NCBI GenBank assembly: GCA_965198065.1
Contig: CBDAON010000004.1
Coordinates: 1,984,001 to 2,048,000, forward strand
Direction: 5' to 3'
Source: Longimicrobiales bacterium
GTDB lineage: Bacteria > Gemmatimonadota > Gemmatimonadetes > Longimicrobiales > Gaopeijiaceae
Length of the DNA: 64,000 nt
Positions 1 to 9,776 of the stretch are shown here, piece by piece. The notes under the pieces are model-generated. The model did not search any database. It saw only the letters and a program-made list of their open reading frames with translations, and had not been told where the DNA came from. A program made the position numbers and the translations under genes. Every line of letters starts with the position of its first letter. Positions within the stretch are counted from its first letter, which is position 1.

Positions 1-398
1 TCAAGGAAGTCCCACTGCGGCATGAACGCCATGAACCGGCACCGCGTGGGTAGGCGGGTGAAGTCCGCGATCCGTATACGTTGGCCGGCGACCTGAGCCT
101 CCAGGAACGAGAGACGCTGGTGCCGGCAGGACAGAGCGTCCTCGAGGATCCCGAGCTCCTCCATGATCTGGAGGGTGGAGGGATGGATCGTGTCGCCACG
201 AAAGTCTCTGAGGAAGTCGCGATGCCGCTCGAGAACGGCGACCTGCAACCCGGCCCGCGCGAGGAGAAAACCGAGCATAACTCCCGCCGGGCCCCCGCCG
301 ACGACACAGCATGCGACGTCGATAGTTCGGCCGTTCTCGAGCGACTCGATGGAGCGCTCTCCAGCTTGCCTCGACGGGCCTCCGCTCCTACCCTCCAT
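1..398 (-). CDS. FAD-dependent oxidoreductase/monooxygenase, N-terminal part (runs off window edge)
   Basis: Manual translation of the minus strand from ATG 398: MEGRS...IDVACCVVGGGPAGVMLGFLLARAGLQVAVLERHRDFLRDFRGDTIHPSTL...MPQWDFL; Rossmann GxGxxG motif. Absent from the ORF track because it has no stop in the window. Confidence 0.9.
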   Translation of the reverse strand, partial: MEGRSGGPSRQAGERSIESLENGRTIDVACCVVGGGPAGVMLGFLLARAGLQVAVLERHRDFLRDFRGDTIHPSTLQIMEELGILEDALSCRHQRLSFLEAQVAGQRIRIADFTRLPTRCRFMAFMPQWDFL

Positions 399-531
399 GC
401 GTGGAATCTCGCCGGGGTGGGGCGGATCCGCATTGTGTTCCCTGTGGGTGTCCCGGCCGTGGTCGCCGTCTGGAGCCGTCCCGCGAGGGCCGTGGTGGGA
501 TCACCGAAGATTCGGCTTTCCTGGTGGCTGC

Positions 532-1230
532 ATGCTCCAGTTCCTGAAGCGATGGTTCCGGGCGCCCGGAAGACCGACCACCGGCGGCTCCGATGAGCGG
601 CGTCTGGCGATTCTGGAGCGCCTGGCAGTCGGCGGCGAGGACACGCCCGAAGCGGCCCCGCTCTTCAACCGGCTCGCGGACCTGGAGCTGTCGGCCGGTA
701 ACCAGAGGGATGCCGTCCAGTACTACGGCAAGAGCGTCGACGTCTACGTAGAGCTTCGGCAGTTCGATTCCGCGACGGCCGTGTGCAGGAAGCTCCTCCG
801 TGTCCTTCCGGGCGTGGTCCGGGCGCGATGCACGCTGGCATGGTTGAGCCTCAGGAAGGGCCATCTCGACATCGCGCGGCGGCACGTCGACGACTACGTG
901 GAGGCGGCTCGTCAGGCGGGCACGTCGGAGTTGGCGGCGCAGCAACTCCTCCTCATGGCTCGGTACTCGACGGATCCGGGTATCCGCGCGCACCTGGCGC
1001 TCAAGCTTAGGGCGGTCGGGGACGAGGACGGGGCCCTGGAGGTGGAGCGTGGGGACTTCGGGACCCTGTCCGGATCGGGCGACCTGTGGGACCCGGTCGT
1101 CTTCGCGACCCTGCTGACCCCCGAGGAGCTGAGAGAAGCCGAAGAAAAGGGGCTGGAGATCCGGGTCTCGGAGGAAGGCGAGGAAGGCGGGGACGACAGC
1201 CTTCCCATGTACCGCCCCCCGGGGGTGTAA
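532..1230 (+). CDS. TPR-like repeat protein
   Basis: Start MLQFLKRWF within ORF 163..1230; helical repeats (LFNRLADLELSAGNQRDAVQYY; A..VCRKLLRVLP); acidic tail. Confidence 0.7.
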   Translation: MLQFLKRWFRAPGRPTTGGSDERRLAILERLAVGGEDTPEAAPLFNRLADLELSAGNQRDAVQYYGKSVDVYVELRQFDSATAVCRKLLRVLPGVVRARCTLAWLSLRKGHLDIARRHVDDYVEAARQAGTSELAAQQLLLMARYSTDPGIRAHLALKLRAVGDEDGALEVERGDFGTLSGSGDLWDPVVFATLLTPEELREAEEKGLEIRVSEEGEEGGDDSLPMYRPPGV

Positions 1231-1282
1231 CGGCCCTTCGAGTCAGCCCCCCGCGCAGCCGAGCTAAGGAGGAGATGAGCCC

Positions 1283-2128
1283 ATGTCATCGTACGCACAT
1301 CCCGAAGCGCTCGTCGACACGGAATGGGTTTCCCAGCACGCCGAGGACGCTGGTGTGCGGGTGGTCGAAGTGGATGTCGACACGTCGGCATACGAGCAGG
1401 GACATGTTCCCGGCGCCCTCGCCTGGAACTGGACGACAGAGCTCTGTGACACGGTGCAGCGGGACGTCGTTCCGGGAGACCGCTTCGAGGCTCTGATGTC
1501 CCGGTCGGGTATCGAAAACGATACCACCGTGATCCTGTACGGCGACAACAACAACTGGTTCGCGGCTTGGGCCCTGTGGCAGCTGAAGCTCTACGGTCAT
1601 CGAGACGTGCGGATCATGGACGGGGGACGCAAGAAGTGGGTGGCCGAGGGACGGCCGCACACTACCGATGTGCCGAAGGTGGCCCGGGCGGAGTATACGG
1701 CGTCCGCGCCGGACCTATCCATTCGCGCGTTCCTGCCGGAGGCGATGGACGCTTCCCAAAATCGCACGCACGTGTTCGTGGACGTCCGGAGTCCGGACGA
1801 GTTCAGCGGAAAGATCCTCGCTCCTCCCGGGCTGCCCGAGACGTGCCAGCGCGGTGGGCATATCCCCGGGGCGTCGAACATCCCCTGGTCCCAAGCCTGC
1901 AGTGAGGACGGCACGTTCAGGCCCTTCGACGAGCTGAAGCAGCTGTACGCAGGAAAGGGGGTGCCGGGAGACAGGCCCGTGATCGCCTACTGCCGGATCG
2001 GAGAGCGCTCGAGCCACTCCTGGTTCGTCCTCCGGTATCTGCTCGGGTACGAGGACGTGAAGAACTACGACGGCTCGTGGACCGAGTGGGGGAATCTGGT
2101 GGGGGCGCCCATCGAGCGGGGGGCGTAA
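1283..2128 (+). CDS. Two-domain sulfurtransferase (rhodanese, SseA/CysA type)
   Basis: GHVPGA and GGHIPGA motifs, active-site CRIGER, C-terminal YDGSWTEW; AGGAG SD upstream. Confidence 0.95.
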   Translation: MSSYAHPEALVDTEWVSQHAEDAGVRVVEVDVDTSAYEQGHVPGALAWNWTTELCDTVQRDVVPGDRFEALMSRSGIENDTTVILYGDNNNWFAAWALWQLKLYGHRDVRIMDGGRKKWVAEGRPHTTDVPKVARAEYTASAPDLSIRAFLPEAMDASQNRTHVFVDVRSPDEFSGKILAPPGLPETCQRGGHIPGASNIPWSQACSEDGTFRPFDELKQLYAGKGVPGDRPVIAYCRIGERSSHSWFVLRYLLGYEDVKNYDGSWTEWGNLVGAPIERGA

Positions 2129-2224
2129 CCAGGGTGCGCGAGGGCCGGGGCACTCAACCCAGGCCGTGCCCCGCGGAGCGCCCGTCAGGACACCTCGATG
2201 CGCCCGGTCCGGCTGGACCTTTGC

Positions 2225-2641
2225 TTACGGGCCCGCGCCCCCGTCTCGCTCCACCTCCAACAGGAAGAGCGAGGGGCCCCTCAGCTTCTTCCCCTTGATC
2301 CGGATCTCGAAGCTATAGCGTCCAGGCTCCGGGAACACGATGCCCTCGAGCGGCAGGATGAGACGCGTGCGAGGAGGCGGGAGGCCCGGCTCATGCGGCT
2401 GGACGTCCGTATGTCCGTCCACAGTGAGGGAAGGACGTCCGTCCGGTGCGATCAGGTCGACACGAAAGGCGTTCCTCCCCTCGTCGCCGAGCTGCCACTC
2501 GATTGTCGTCACGAGCACCATCCGCTCCTGCCGGGCCGGGAACCCGGGCGCGGCGAGGTCGTTGAACACACCCACCACGTCCATCTTCCCATCGGGCCGC
2601 ATGTGGGCGTCCTCGCAGAGGAGAGCGAGCTGTACGTGCAT
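2225..2641 (-). CDS. DUF6941-like beta-sandwich hypothetical protein
   Basis: MHVQLALLCEDA...GKMDVVGVFN...FPEPGRYSFEIRI pattern; start set at the internal Met. Confidence 0.65.
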   Translation of the reverse strand: MHVQLALLCEDAHMRPDGKMDVVGVFNDLAAPGFPARQERMVLVTTIEWQLGDEGRNAFRVDLIAPDGRPSLTVDGHTDVQPHEPGLPPPRTRLILPLEGIVFPEPGRYSFEIRIKGKKLRGPSLFLLEVERDGGAGP

Positions 2642-2700
2642 GGGATTCCTAATGTGAGTTGGCAGGTCGCCGGGAAAGGGCCGAACGAGCGGGCAACCTG

Positions 2701-4380
2701 CTAGTCGCTCGGGGGGCCCCATCCGCCCCCGCCGGGCGTGCGGATACTGACGATGTCTCCCCGTTGGACCTCGAACGTGGCCTTGCTGGGAAGAGACTCC
2801 GCGCTCCTCTCCTCCTCGTGACCGGCCCGAAGGAGTGCGTTGGCTCCGGGAGCTCCGGGCTCCCCTCCGCCCTGTCCCGCGGGCCCCGTCCTCCGGCGCT
2901 CCGTGAGAAGCGTCACCCGAGCCGGAGCGAGGATCTGAATGTCGCGCTCGAGCCCGTCGCCGCCCCTGTACACGCCGCGGCCGCCCGAGCCCCGGCGCAC
3001 GGCGTAGCGGAGCACCCGAAAGGGGTAGGCGTGTTCCAGCGCTTCCACCGGAGTGTTCAACGTGTTCGACATGTGCGTGTGCACCCCGGACAGCCCCGGA
3101 CCGGACGGCCCCGCGCCCATGCCTCCGCCTACCGTCTCGTAGTAGGCGAAGGCTCGGCCCGTCCGGGGGTCCGTCCCTCCGATCGCTACGTTGTTCATGG
3201 TCCCCTGGGAGAGGGCCGGCACCCGGTCGGGGAGGGCGCCGGCAAACGCCTTCAAAAGCACGTCGGTAATCCGCTGGCTCGTCTCGACGTTCCCGCCCGC
3301 GACCGGCGCGGGAGGGGACGCGTTTACCACGGAACGCTCGGGAAGGAGGAGCTCCATAGCGCCCATGGCGCCTCCCCCCGCCGGCAGGGAATCACCGAGG
3401 AGGTCCTCCACGACCACCCGGACCACGTAACGAGCGGCGGACGCGGTCACGGCGGCGACCGCGTTCACGCCGCCCGTGGTCTGCGGGGCGCTACCCGTGA
3501 AGTCGATCCTCACCCGGTCCCCCCGCACTTCCAGCCGAGCCCGGATACGGATCGGCTCGTCGACGAAACCGTCGCCCTCCAGATCGTCCTGCGCGCTCCA
3601 CTCGCCGTCCGGGATGCGCTCGATCCCGCGACGAAGGAGGCAGTCCGCATAGTCCAGGAGGGCGTGCTGAGCGGCGAGCGTCGGGCTCACTCCCTTACGC
3701 CGCGCGATGTCGCGGAGACGGCGGACACCGACCCGGATGGATCCGAGCTGCGCGTCGAGATCACCTTCCCGTTCCTCCGGGGTTCGGACGTTCGCGAGGA
3801 GGAGGCGCCACACTTCGGCGACGCGCGCTCCACGCCGAACGAGGAGGACGGGCGGAATCCGAAGGCCCTCCTGGAAGATCTCGCGGGCAATCGGCATCGA
3901 CCCCGGCGTCATGCCACCGACGTCGGCGTGGTGGGCCCGCACGGCCACATAGCCGAGCAGCGGAGCTTCCGGGAGGAGTTCACCAGCAGCGGCTCCGGGC
4001 GCGTTCCCCTCACCCTCGATCACCTCCACGTGGACCGGGGCGATCATCGTAATGTCCGGTAGGTGCGTTCCGCCCTCGAACGGATCGTTCAGGATGGCCA
4101 CGTCCCCCGGCTGGAGGTGTGGGAGCGCCCGGAGCGCGGCCTGAACGCTCATCGGCATGGCCCCGAGGTGCACCGGAAGGTGGTCGCCCTGAGCCACGGG
4201 CTCGCCGACAGGCGAGAAGACGGCGGAGGAGTAGTCTCTCCGTTCCTTGATGTTCGGGGACGAGGCCGCGCGGCGAAGCGCGGAGCCCATCTCCTCGGCG
4301 AGCGCTGTGAAGAGGTGCCGAAACACCTCCACCTCGGCGGCGTCCGGTGCGGCCGAGCCTTCAGGATCCACGGTCCTCAC
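2701..4380 (-). CDS. Hydantoinase B / 5-oxoprolinase subunit
   Basis: SPNIKERRDYS, PVHLGAM, NDPFEGGTHLPD, HHADVGG, TPGGGGWG motifs. Confidence 0.95.
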   Translation of the reverse strand: MRTVDPEGSAAPDAAEVEVFRHLFTALAEEMGSALRRAASSPNIKERRDYSSAVFSPVGEPVAQGDHLPVHLGAMPMSVQAALRALPHLQPGDVAILNDPFEGGTHLPDITMIAPVHVEVIEGEGNAPGAAAGELLPEAPLLGYVAVRAHHADVGGMTPGSMPIAREIFQEGLRIPPVLLVRRGARVAEVWRLLLANVRTPEEREGDLDAQLGSIRVGVRRLRDIARRKGVSPTLAAQHALLDYADCLLRRGIERIPDGEWSAQDDLEGDGFVDEPIRIRARLEVRGDRVRIDFTGSAPQTTGGVNAVAAVTASAARYVVRVVVEDLLGDSLPAGGGAMGAMELLLPERSVVNASPPAPVAGGNVETSQRITDVLLKAFAGALPDRVPALSQGTMNNVAIGGTDPRTGRAFAYYETVGGGMGAGPSGPGLSGVHTHMSNTLNTPVEALEHAYPFRVLRYAVRRGSGGRGVYRGGDGLERDIQILAPARVTLLTERRRTGPAGQGGGEPGAPGANALLRAGHEEERSAESLPSKATFEVQRGDIVSIRTPGGGGWGPPSD

Positions 4381-4522
4381 CGGTCGCCCCCTCTCCGGGG
4401 TTGCAATTTAGGCCGCCTCTCATGACCCTATAGCCTTCCCTTTCTCCAGGCCCGCGGGGCAGGAGAGCCTTCGAGCTCGCCGGTCCGGCAGACCACCTGG
4501 GTCACGATAAGACGGAGGAGTC

Positions 4523-4804
4523 ATGACGGATAGAAAGAAACTGAACGACCGCGCGAGGGATGAGCTGTTCAGCCACATCAACCGCTGCGGAGTCCTCCAG
4601 GCGGAGGACAAGGACCAGGAACACTGGCTGGACGAGACGATGGGATATCTCGGGGAGCGTTACCCGGACCTCACGGAGGGCGACTTGAAGGAGCTCTACA
4701 CCGTGGGGCTTCGTTTTTGCAGGCCACCGATTCCGCACGGAACGGGGGACAAGACGGGTCGGACGCCGGTGCCTGCGGGTGCCGAGGAGGGTTCGACGGC
4801 GTGA
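4523..4804 (+). CDS. Small hypothetical protein
   Basis: GGAGGAG SD directly upstream of ATG; GC3-rich codons; helical sequence. Confidence 0.75.
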   Translation: MTDRKKLNDRARDELFSHINRCGVLQAEDKDQEHWLDETMGYLGERYPDLTEGDLKELYTVGLRFCRPPIPHGTGDKTGRTPVPAGAEEGSTA

Positions 4805-4935
4805 GGGCGCGGGGGCGTCCGTCGGGGTGGACCGCCCGATAATCGAGATTTACATTCGGGGCGTCCGCCTGCGGCCCGCGCGTGGCGGTGGCGAGGACCG
4901 GGTCGTTCTCCGATCACGCCCTGACAGAGCCCGGT

Positions 4936-6078
4936 ATGGCTGATCGCTTCTGGAGCTCGGAGGAGTACGACGAAAGAGCGCACGATCTTTACAACGAAGG
5001 TGACTACGACGGGGCCCTTGAGACGTTGAAAGAGGGCCTCGCGCTATATCCGAACGCCGTCGAGCTGTACGTGGGGCTCGGCCACGCTCGCCTCGCGCGG
5101 GAGGAGTTCGCCTGGGCTCGGACCGCCTTCGAGCGCGCGCTCGTGCTGGACCCCGGGCACGAGGATGCGATGGTCGGGCTCGGCGAGGTGCTCCTCCGGC
5201 TCGGGCACCACGGAGACGGCCTGGAACTCTTCCGTCGCGTGGAGGGGCTCGGGTACGAAGACGACGTCGAGCTCATGCTCACCATGGGGAGGGCGCTCTA
5301 TCGGGAGGGGCTCTATGTCCAGGCGAGGAGAGTGTTCAACCGTCTGGCGGCGGTGCGTCCCGACTGTGCCGAGGCCGTGGCCGCAGTGGGATACTCGATC
5401 CACCGGATGGGCGACGATGTGGACGCGTGCCGGCATCTCCGGCGCGCCCTGAGGATCGACCCCGATCTCTATGAGGCCCGAACCTACCTGGGACATCTCC
5501 TCTATGACCGAGGTGACTGGGACGGGGCTCTTCGGGAGTTCGAGCGGGTGCCACCGTCCGAGCACTGGGACTCGCTCGCCGTGTGGCGCGTCATTGAGCT
5601 CAAGCGAGCCATGGGACGACTGGAGGAGGAAGATCCCGCGCTCGCGCCCTGGCATGACCGACTCGCTCAGCTCGAGGAACAGGCGTGGGATCCCGTGGAC
5701 CAGCTCCTGGCGGAGATTGAAGCCAGAGTCTCGGGCATGGGTGGATGGGACCTGCGGGATCAGAACCAGCTCGAGCTCTTCGGCTCTGGAGAGGGCAGCG
5801 GCCGGGACGAGCGCGTTCTCCACGTGCGCCTTCCGGGAGGCCAGGTGCTTCGTGGAACGTCTCAGGACGTCGTGAGGCAGTTTCGTGACCACCTGGGGTT
5901 CTCGCACGAGGCGCTCGCGGCGTTCATGAAACGCATGGCCGAGCGCTGGCACGAGCAGTATGGCATCGAGGTCCGCTCGGGGAGCCCCGACGGGTTCCTG
6001 CGCTCGGCATCGGAGTGTGGGCTCCTCCAGTTCTTCGACGCTCCCGGGGACGAGCCCAAGAGCGCACCGCCCGCGTGA
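4936..6078 (+). CDS. TPR protein with C-terminal extra domain
   Basis: About 6 TPR units (e.g. LYVGLGHARLAREEFAWARTAFERALVLDP); TGGACC-17-TACATT promoter-like element upstream; start MADRFW. Confidence 0.85.
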   Translation: MADRFWSSEEYDERAHDLYNEGDYDGALETLKEGLALYPNAVELYVGLGHARLAREEFAWARTAFERALVLDPGHEDAMVGLGEVLLRLGHHGDGLELFRRVEGLGYEDDVELMLTMGRALYREGLYVQARRVFNRLAAVRPDCAEAVAAVGYSIHRMGDDVDACRHLRRALRIDPDLYEARTYLGHLLYDRGDWDGALREFERVPPSEHWDSLAVWRVIELKRAMGRLEEEDPALAPWHDRLAQLEEQAWDPVDQLLAEIEARVSGMGGWDLRDQNQLELFGSGEGSGRDERVLHVRLPGGQVLRGTSQDVVRQFRDHLGFSHEALAAFMKRMAERWHEQYGIEVRSGSPDGFLRSASECGLLQFFDAPGDEPKSAPPA

Positions 6079-6086
6079 GAGGTGCC

Positions 6087-6743
6087 ATGCAGACCGAGAC
6101 GCCCCGGATCGATCGCTTCTTCCGCGTCCTGGTTGAGGAGATCCGAAGGAGCTCCCCCGAGTTCCTGGAGGTGCCGTTCACGGTCGCGGAGATCTACCAG
6201 TCACTCATCCCCTATCACACGCACCGGGACCTCCTGGGCGTGGAGATGAACGGTGACTACGAGGATGCCTTGATGAGGCTGATGGCGGGGGAGGGAGGCT
6301 ACCTGATCCTGGAGTCGGATCCGGCGAGGCTGCGCATCCGGCGCGAGCTCGAGCACGCTAATCCCAACACCGGTCTCTATCGCGACTTCGCGGCGGTGGA
6401 CGTGCGGGTCAACCCGGAGAAGGTTTCGAAGGAGGAGACCGAGGGGGATGGCCTGCTGGGCACGGCGCGGATGGAACGAGGAGGTGAGTCGGGCTCCGTC
6501 TCCTCTCCGCCTTCGGACCTGGGCCAACGCGTGCGCGGAGGGCCCGGGCTCGCACGGCCCGGCGCCGATGATGTCCCCGAGCTATGCCCGGCGTGCGACA
6601 CTAGGCTCCCGGAGCGGAGATCCCTCCGCTTCTGCCCGGAGTGCGGCATTGACGTGCGGCTCCTCAAGTGCTCGAAGTGCGGGGAGCTGCTCGAGCGCGG
6701 GTGGAAGCATTGCGTGGCGTGCGGAACGTCCGTCGGCACCTGA
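6087..6743 (+). CDS. Double zinc-ribbon domain protein
   Basis: C-terminal CPAC...CPECG...CSKCG...CVACG; AGAGG SD-like element before ATG 6087. Confidence 0.85.
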   Translation: MQTETPRIDRFFRVLVEEIRRSSPEFLEVPFTVAEIYQSLIPYHTHRDLLGVEMNGDYEDALMRLMAGEGGYLILESDPARLRIRRELEHANPNTGLYRDFAAVDVRVNPEKVSKEETEGDGLLGTARMERGGESGSVSSPPSDLGQRVRGGPGLARPGADDVPELCPACDTRLPERRSLRFCPECGIDVRLLKCSKCGELLERGWKHCVACGTSVGT

Positions 6744-7168
6744 TCGTCGGCCTCGCCTCGGCCCTGGTCGCGGTCGCTTGCGAGGCCCCGGCCCGACCCC
6801 CATCCGATCCGGGGCTCCGCGCTGAGCTGGGAATTCCCGACGAGACCCCGATTCACCGCGTGGACCTCGGAGGACCCGCTCTCGGGACGAGCGCGGTTCC
6901 CCGTTTCCTCGTGATCCATCCCGGGGACGTCGTCCAGTTCGTGGTGCTCGACCATCGGGTTCACCAGGTGAGGTTCCTCGAGGAAGGACTCGGCCCGGCC
7001 CAGCTCGCGTTCCTTCGGGATACAGCGCAGGACCGACCTCCGCCCCTCGTGGAGCAGGGGGCTCGGTTGGTGCTAACGTTCGAGGATGCTCCCATCGGCG
7101 CCTATGCCTTCGTCGTGGAGGGTTACGGCGCCCCGCTTCGCGGGGAGATTCGGGTCCTCCCGCGCTAG
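6719..7168 (+). CDS. Cupredoxin-fold-like lipoprotein
   Basis: Lipoprotein signal (LIVGLASALVAVAC); plastocyanin-like pattern P..LVIHPGDVVQF...H.V.F...G.Y.F...G.I.V; start codon uncertain. Confidence 0.6.
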   Translation: MRNVRRHLIVGLASALVAVACEAPARPPSDPGLRAELGIPDETPIHRVDLGGPALGTSAVPRFLVIHPGDVVQFVVLDHRVHQVRFLEEGLGPAQLAFLRDTAQDRPPPLVEQGARLVLTFEDAPIGAYAFVVEGYGAPLRGEIRVLPR

Positions 7169-7409
7169 CGAATCGCGGGCGAACGACGGTGCGGAGGCTT
7201 GCCCCGGCCTCGAGCGACCTGTCGCGGAGGCACGACACGAGTGGGCGCGGGGCGGCGTTTCGGGCCGCTGGCGTCCTGTCGGCAAACTCGGTACTCTCCC
7301 GGTCCCGGGACCCTGGACACCAGGGATCCTCGTCACCGGGTGGCCGGTCGGCTTCCCCCGGCGCGCCTCCGGAGCCGCCTCGTGGCGAGCGCGAAGCGAG
7401 GTCCAGCCG

Positions 7410-8633
7410 ATGCCGAACGCCGATCGTACCGAAGTCGTCTTCCTCTCCGGAAAGCGGACGCCGTTCGGCTCGTTCGGCGGATCCCTCAAGGGGCTCTCCG
7501 CCACCGAGCTCGCCGTCGTCTCCGCCCGCGCGGCCCTGTCCGCCGCTGGGGTGCCGGAGGACGCCGTCGGGCACGTCGTGTACGGAAACGCGCTCCAGAC
7601 GTCGTCGGACTCGATCTACCTCGCCCGACACGTGGGGCTCGGGGCGGGGCTCCCGGACGCCGTGCCGGCGGTTACTGTGAATCGCCTCTGCGGGTCGGGC
7701 TTTCAGGCCATCACCCAGGGCGCTGAGGAGATCCTCATCGGACACGCCCAGGTCGCGCTCTGTGGTGGGACCGAGTCCATGAGCCAGGCCCCTCACGTAG
7801 TTCGGGGAGCACGCTGGGGTCAGCTTCGACTCGGCGAAGTGGGGGGCGCGTTCGAGGACCTGCTCTGGACGGCCTTGAGGGACTCGGCGTGCGGGCTCAC
7901 GATGGCGGAGACGGCCGAGGAGCTCGCGGACCGCTACCAGGTCACGCGCGAGGAGTCCGACGCGGTGGCCGTCCGGAGCCAGCAGCGAGCGTTCGCGGCG
8001 TGGGAGGCGGGACGCTTCAATGCGGAGGTCGTTCCGGTGAGTGCCCCCTCCCGAAAGGGGACCGTCGAGGTCGTTCGGGACGAGCACCTGCGCCCCGACA
8101 CGACCATGGAAGGCCTCGCGGCACTGAAGCCGTACTTTCGAGTGGACGGTCGCGTCACGGCCGGAAACGCTTCCGGGATCGGCGATGGAGCCGCGTCCAC
8201 GGTGCTCGCGTCCAGGGCGTGGGGCGACTCCCATGGCCTGGAGCCACTGGGCCGTCTCGTCTCGTGGGGGTACGTGGGGGTCGAGCCAAGGGTCATGGGG
8301 ATCGGGCCGGCCCCGGCGGCGCGCCTCGCCCTTGAGCGGGCGGGCCTGTCGCTCGACGACATGGCCATCGTCGAGATCAACGAGGCCTTCGCACCTCAGT
8401 ACCGGGCGGTCGAGAAGGATCTTGGGCTCGACCCCGAGCGGACGAACGTGAACGGGGGAGCCATCGCGCTTACCCATCCGCTCGCTGCCTCGGGGGCCCG
8501 CATCACGATTCACCTCCTCCACGAGCTTCGCCGGAGGGGAGAGCGCTTCGGGCTCGGAGCCGCTTGCATTGGCGGTGGGCAGGGGGGTGCGGTGGTCGTC
8601 GAGGCGTTTGGGAGCCGGGCCGGCAAGCCGTGA
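7410..8633 (+). CDS. Acetyl-CoA C-acyltransferase (thiolase)
   Basis: NRLCGSG, NEAFA, GGAIALTHPLAASG, CIGGGQG motifs. Confidence 0.95.
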   Translation: MPNADRTEVVFLSGKRTPFGSFGGSLKGLSATELAVVSARAALSAAGVPEDAVGHVVYGNALQTSSDSIYLARHVGLGAGLPDAVPAVTVNRLCGSGFQAITQGAEEILIGHAQVALCGGTESMSQAPHVVRGARWGQLRLGEVGGAFEDLLWTALRDSACGLTMAETAEELADRYQVTREESDAVAVRSQQRAFAAWEAGRFNAEVVPVSAPSRKGTVEVVRDEHLRPDTTMEGLAALKPYFRVDGRVTAGNASGIGDGAASTVLASRAWGDSHGLEPLGRLVSWGYVGVEPRVMGIGPAPAARLALERAGLSLDDMAIVEINEAFAPQYRAVEKDLGLDPERTNVNGGAIALTHPLAASGARITIHLLHELRRRGERFGLGAACIGGGQGGAVVVEAFGSRAGKP

Positions 8634-9508
8634 CGATCCGAAAGGTGGGCGTCATGGGCTGCGGCCTCATGGGGAGCGGCATCGCGGAGTCGGCCTCACG
8701 CGCCGGATACGAGGTGCTCGTCCGCGAAGTGAGCGGCGAGGAGATTGAGCTCGGGAAGCAGCGGATCGCCCGCTCGATGGACCGGGCCGTCGAGAAGGGG
8801 AAGATGACGGCGGCCGAAGGGGAGGAGGCACGGAAGCTCCTCTCCTATACGGAGGAGATCTCGGATCTGGCTGACCGGGACCTCATCGTAGAGGCGGTGG
8901 TGGAGGATATGGGCATAAAGCGGGACCTCTTCGCCCGGTTGGACGCGCTTTGTCCCAAGCGCACGATCTTCGCCTCCAACACGTCTTCGCTCCCGATCAC
9001 GGACATGGCGGCGGCCGTGGAGCGACCCGACCGGTTCCTGGGGCTCCACTTCTTCAATCCGGTCCCGATCATGAAACTGGTCGAGATCGTGCGGACGATC
9101 GCGACTTCGGAGGAGACCCTGGCCACCGTGCTGGAATTCGCCCGGAGCCTCGGGAAGGAGACGGTTCACGCGAAGGACCAGGCGGGGTTCATCGTGAACC
9201 TCCTCCTCGTCCCCTACATGATGGACGCGGTGCGTCAGCTCGAGCGGGGGGCGGCGTCCATGGAAGACCTGGATCGCGCGATGTCTCTCGGATGCGGCCA
9301 CCCCATGGGGCCGATCACGCTCATCGACTTCGTGGGGACGGACACGGCCTGCCGGATCGCGGAGATCCTGTACGACGAGTACCGGGAGCCCCGGTACGCG
9401 CCTCCCGCGCTTCTTCGAAGGGTCGTTTCGATGGGGCGCTTCGGAAGAAAAGTCGGGCGAGGGTTCTACGATTACTCGGGTGAGGTGCCGGTCCCGCTGC
9501 CGGTCTGA
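8630..9508 (+). CDS. 3-hydroxybutyryl/3-hydroxyacyl-CoA dehydrogenase
   Basis: GCGLMGSG, ASNTSS, GLHFFNP, GHPMGP; GTGA overlap with the thiolase stop. Confidence 0.95.
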   Translation: MTIRKVGVMGCGLMGSGIAESASRAGYEVLVREVSGEEIELGKQRIARSMDRAVEKGKMTAAEGEEARKLLSYTEEISDLADRDLIVEAVVEDMGIKRDLFARLDALCPKRTIFASNTSSLPITDMAAAVERPDRFLGLHFFNPVPIMKLVEIVRTIATSEETLATVLEFARSLGKETVHAKDQAGFIVNLLLVPYMMDAVRQLERGAASMEDLDRAMSLGCGHPMGPITLIDFVGTDTACRIAEILYDEYREPRYAPPALLRRVVSMGRFGRKVGRGFYDYSGEVPVPLPV

Positions 9509-9547
9509 TCGCCGCCCGGTCGCGGCCGCCGATTGGCCGCCCGGCGG

Positions 9548-9751
9548 TCACCCCCGTGGGCGGGGCTCCCGGCGCTGCCTTCTGCGCTCACGGCGAACCG
9601 CCGCCTCGCGCTTCCTCTTCTTCTGCGCGCTGGGCTTCTCGTAAGAGCGTCTCTTCCTGAGCTCCGAATACAGGCCCGAGCGTTGCACCTTGCGCTTGAA
9701 CTTCCTGAGCGCGCGCTCGAGGCTCTCACCGTCCTGAACGATTACTTCCAA
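9548..9751 (-). CDS. rpsU: 30S ribosomal protein S21
   Basis: LEVIVQDGESLERALRKFKRKVQRSG...YEKPS; TTG start at 9751 with AGGAGG SD. Confidence 0.95.
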   Translation of the reverse strand: MEVIVQDGESLERALRKFKRKVQRSGLYSELRKRRSYEKPSAQKKRKREAAVRRERRRQRREPRPRG

Positions 9752-9776
9752 GCGAATCTCCCTCCTAAAGTTATGC

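Noticed and set aside
81..596. 171-aa plus-strand ORF
   Set aside because: Antisense shadow of the minus-strand FAD oxidoreductase; no family motifs.
6582..8522. Long antisense ORFs (also 2659..4062, 12371..13846, 27278..28831, 55684..57849)
   Set aside because: They mirror well-supported genes; stop-poor shadow frames are expected at this GC content.
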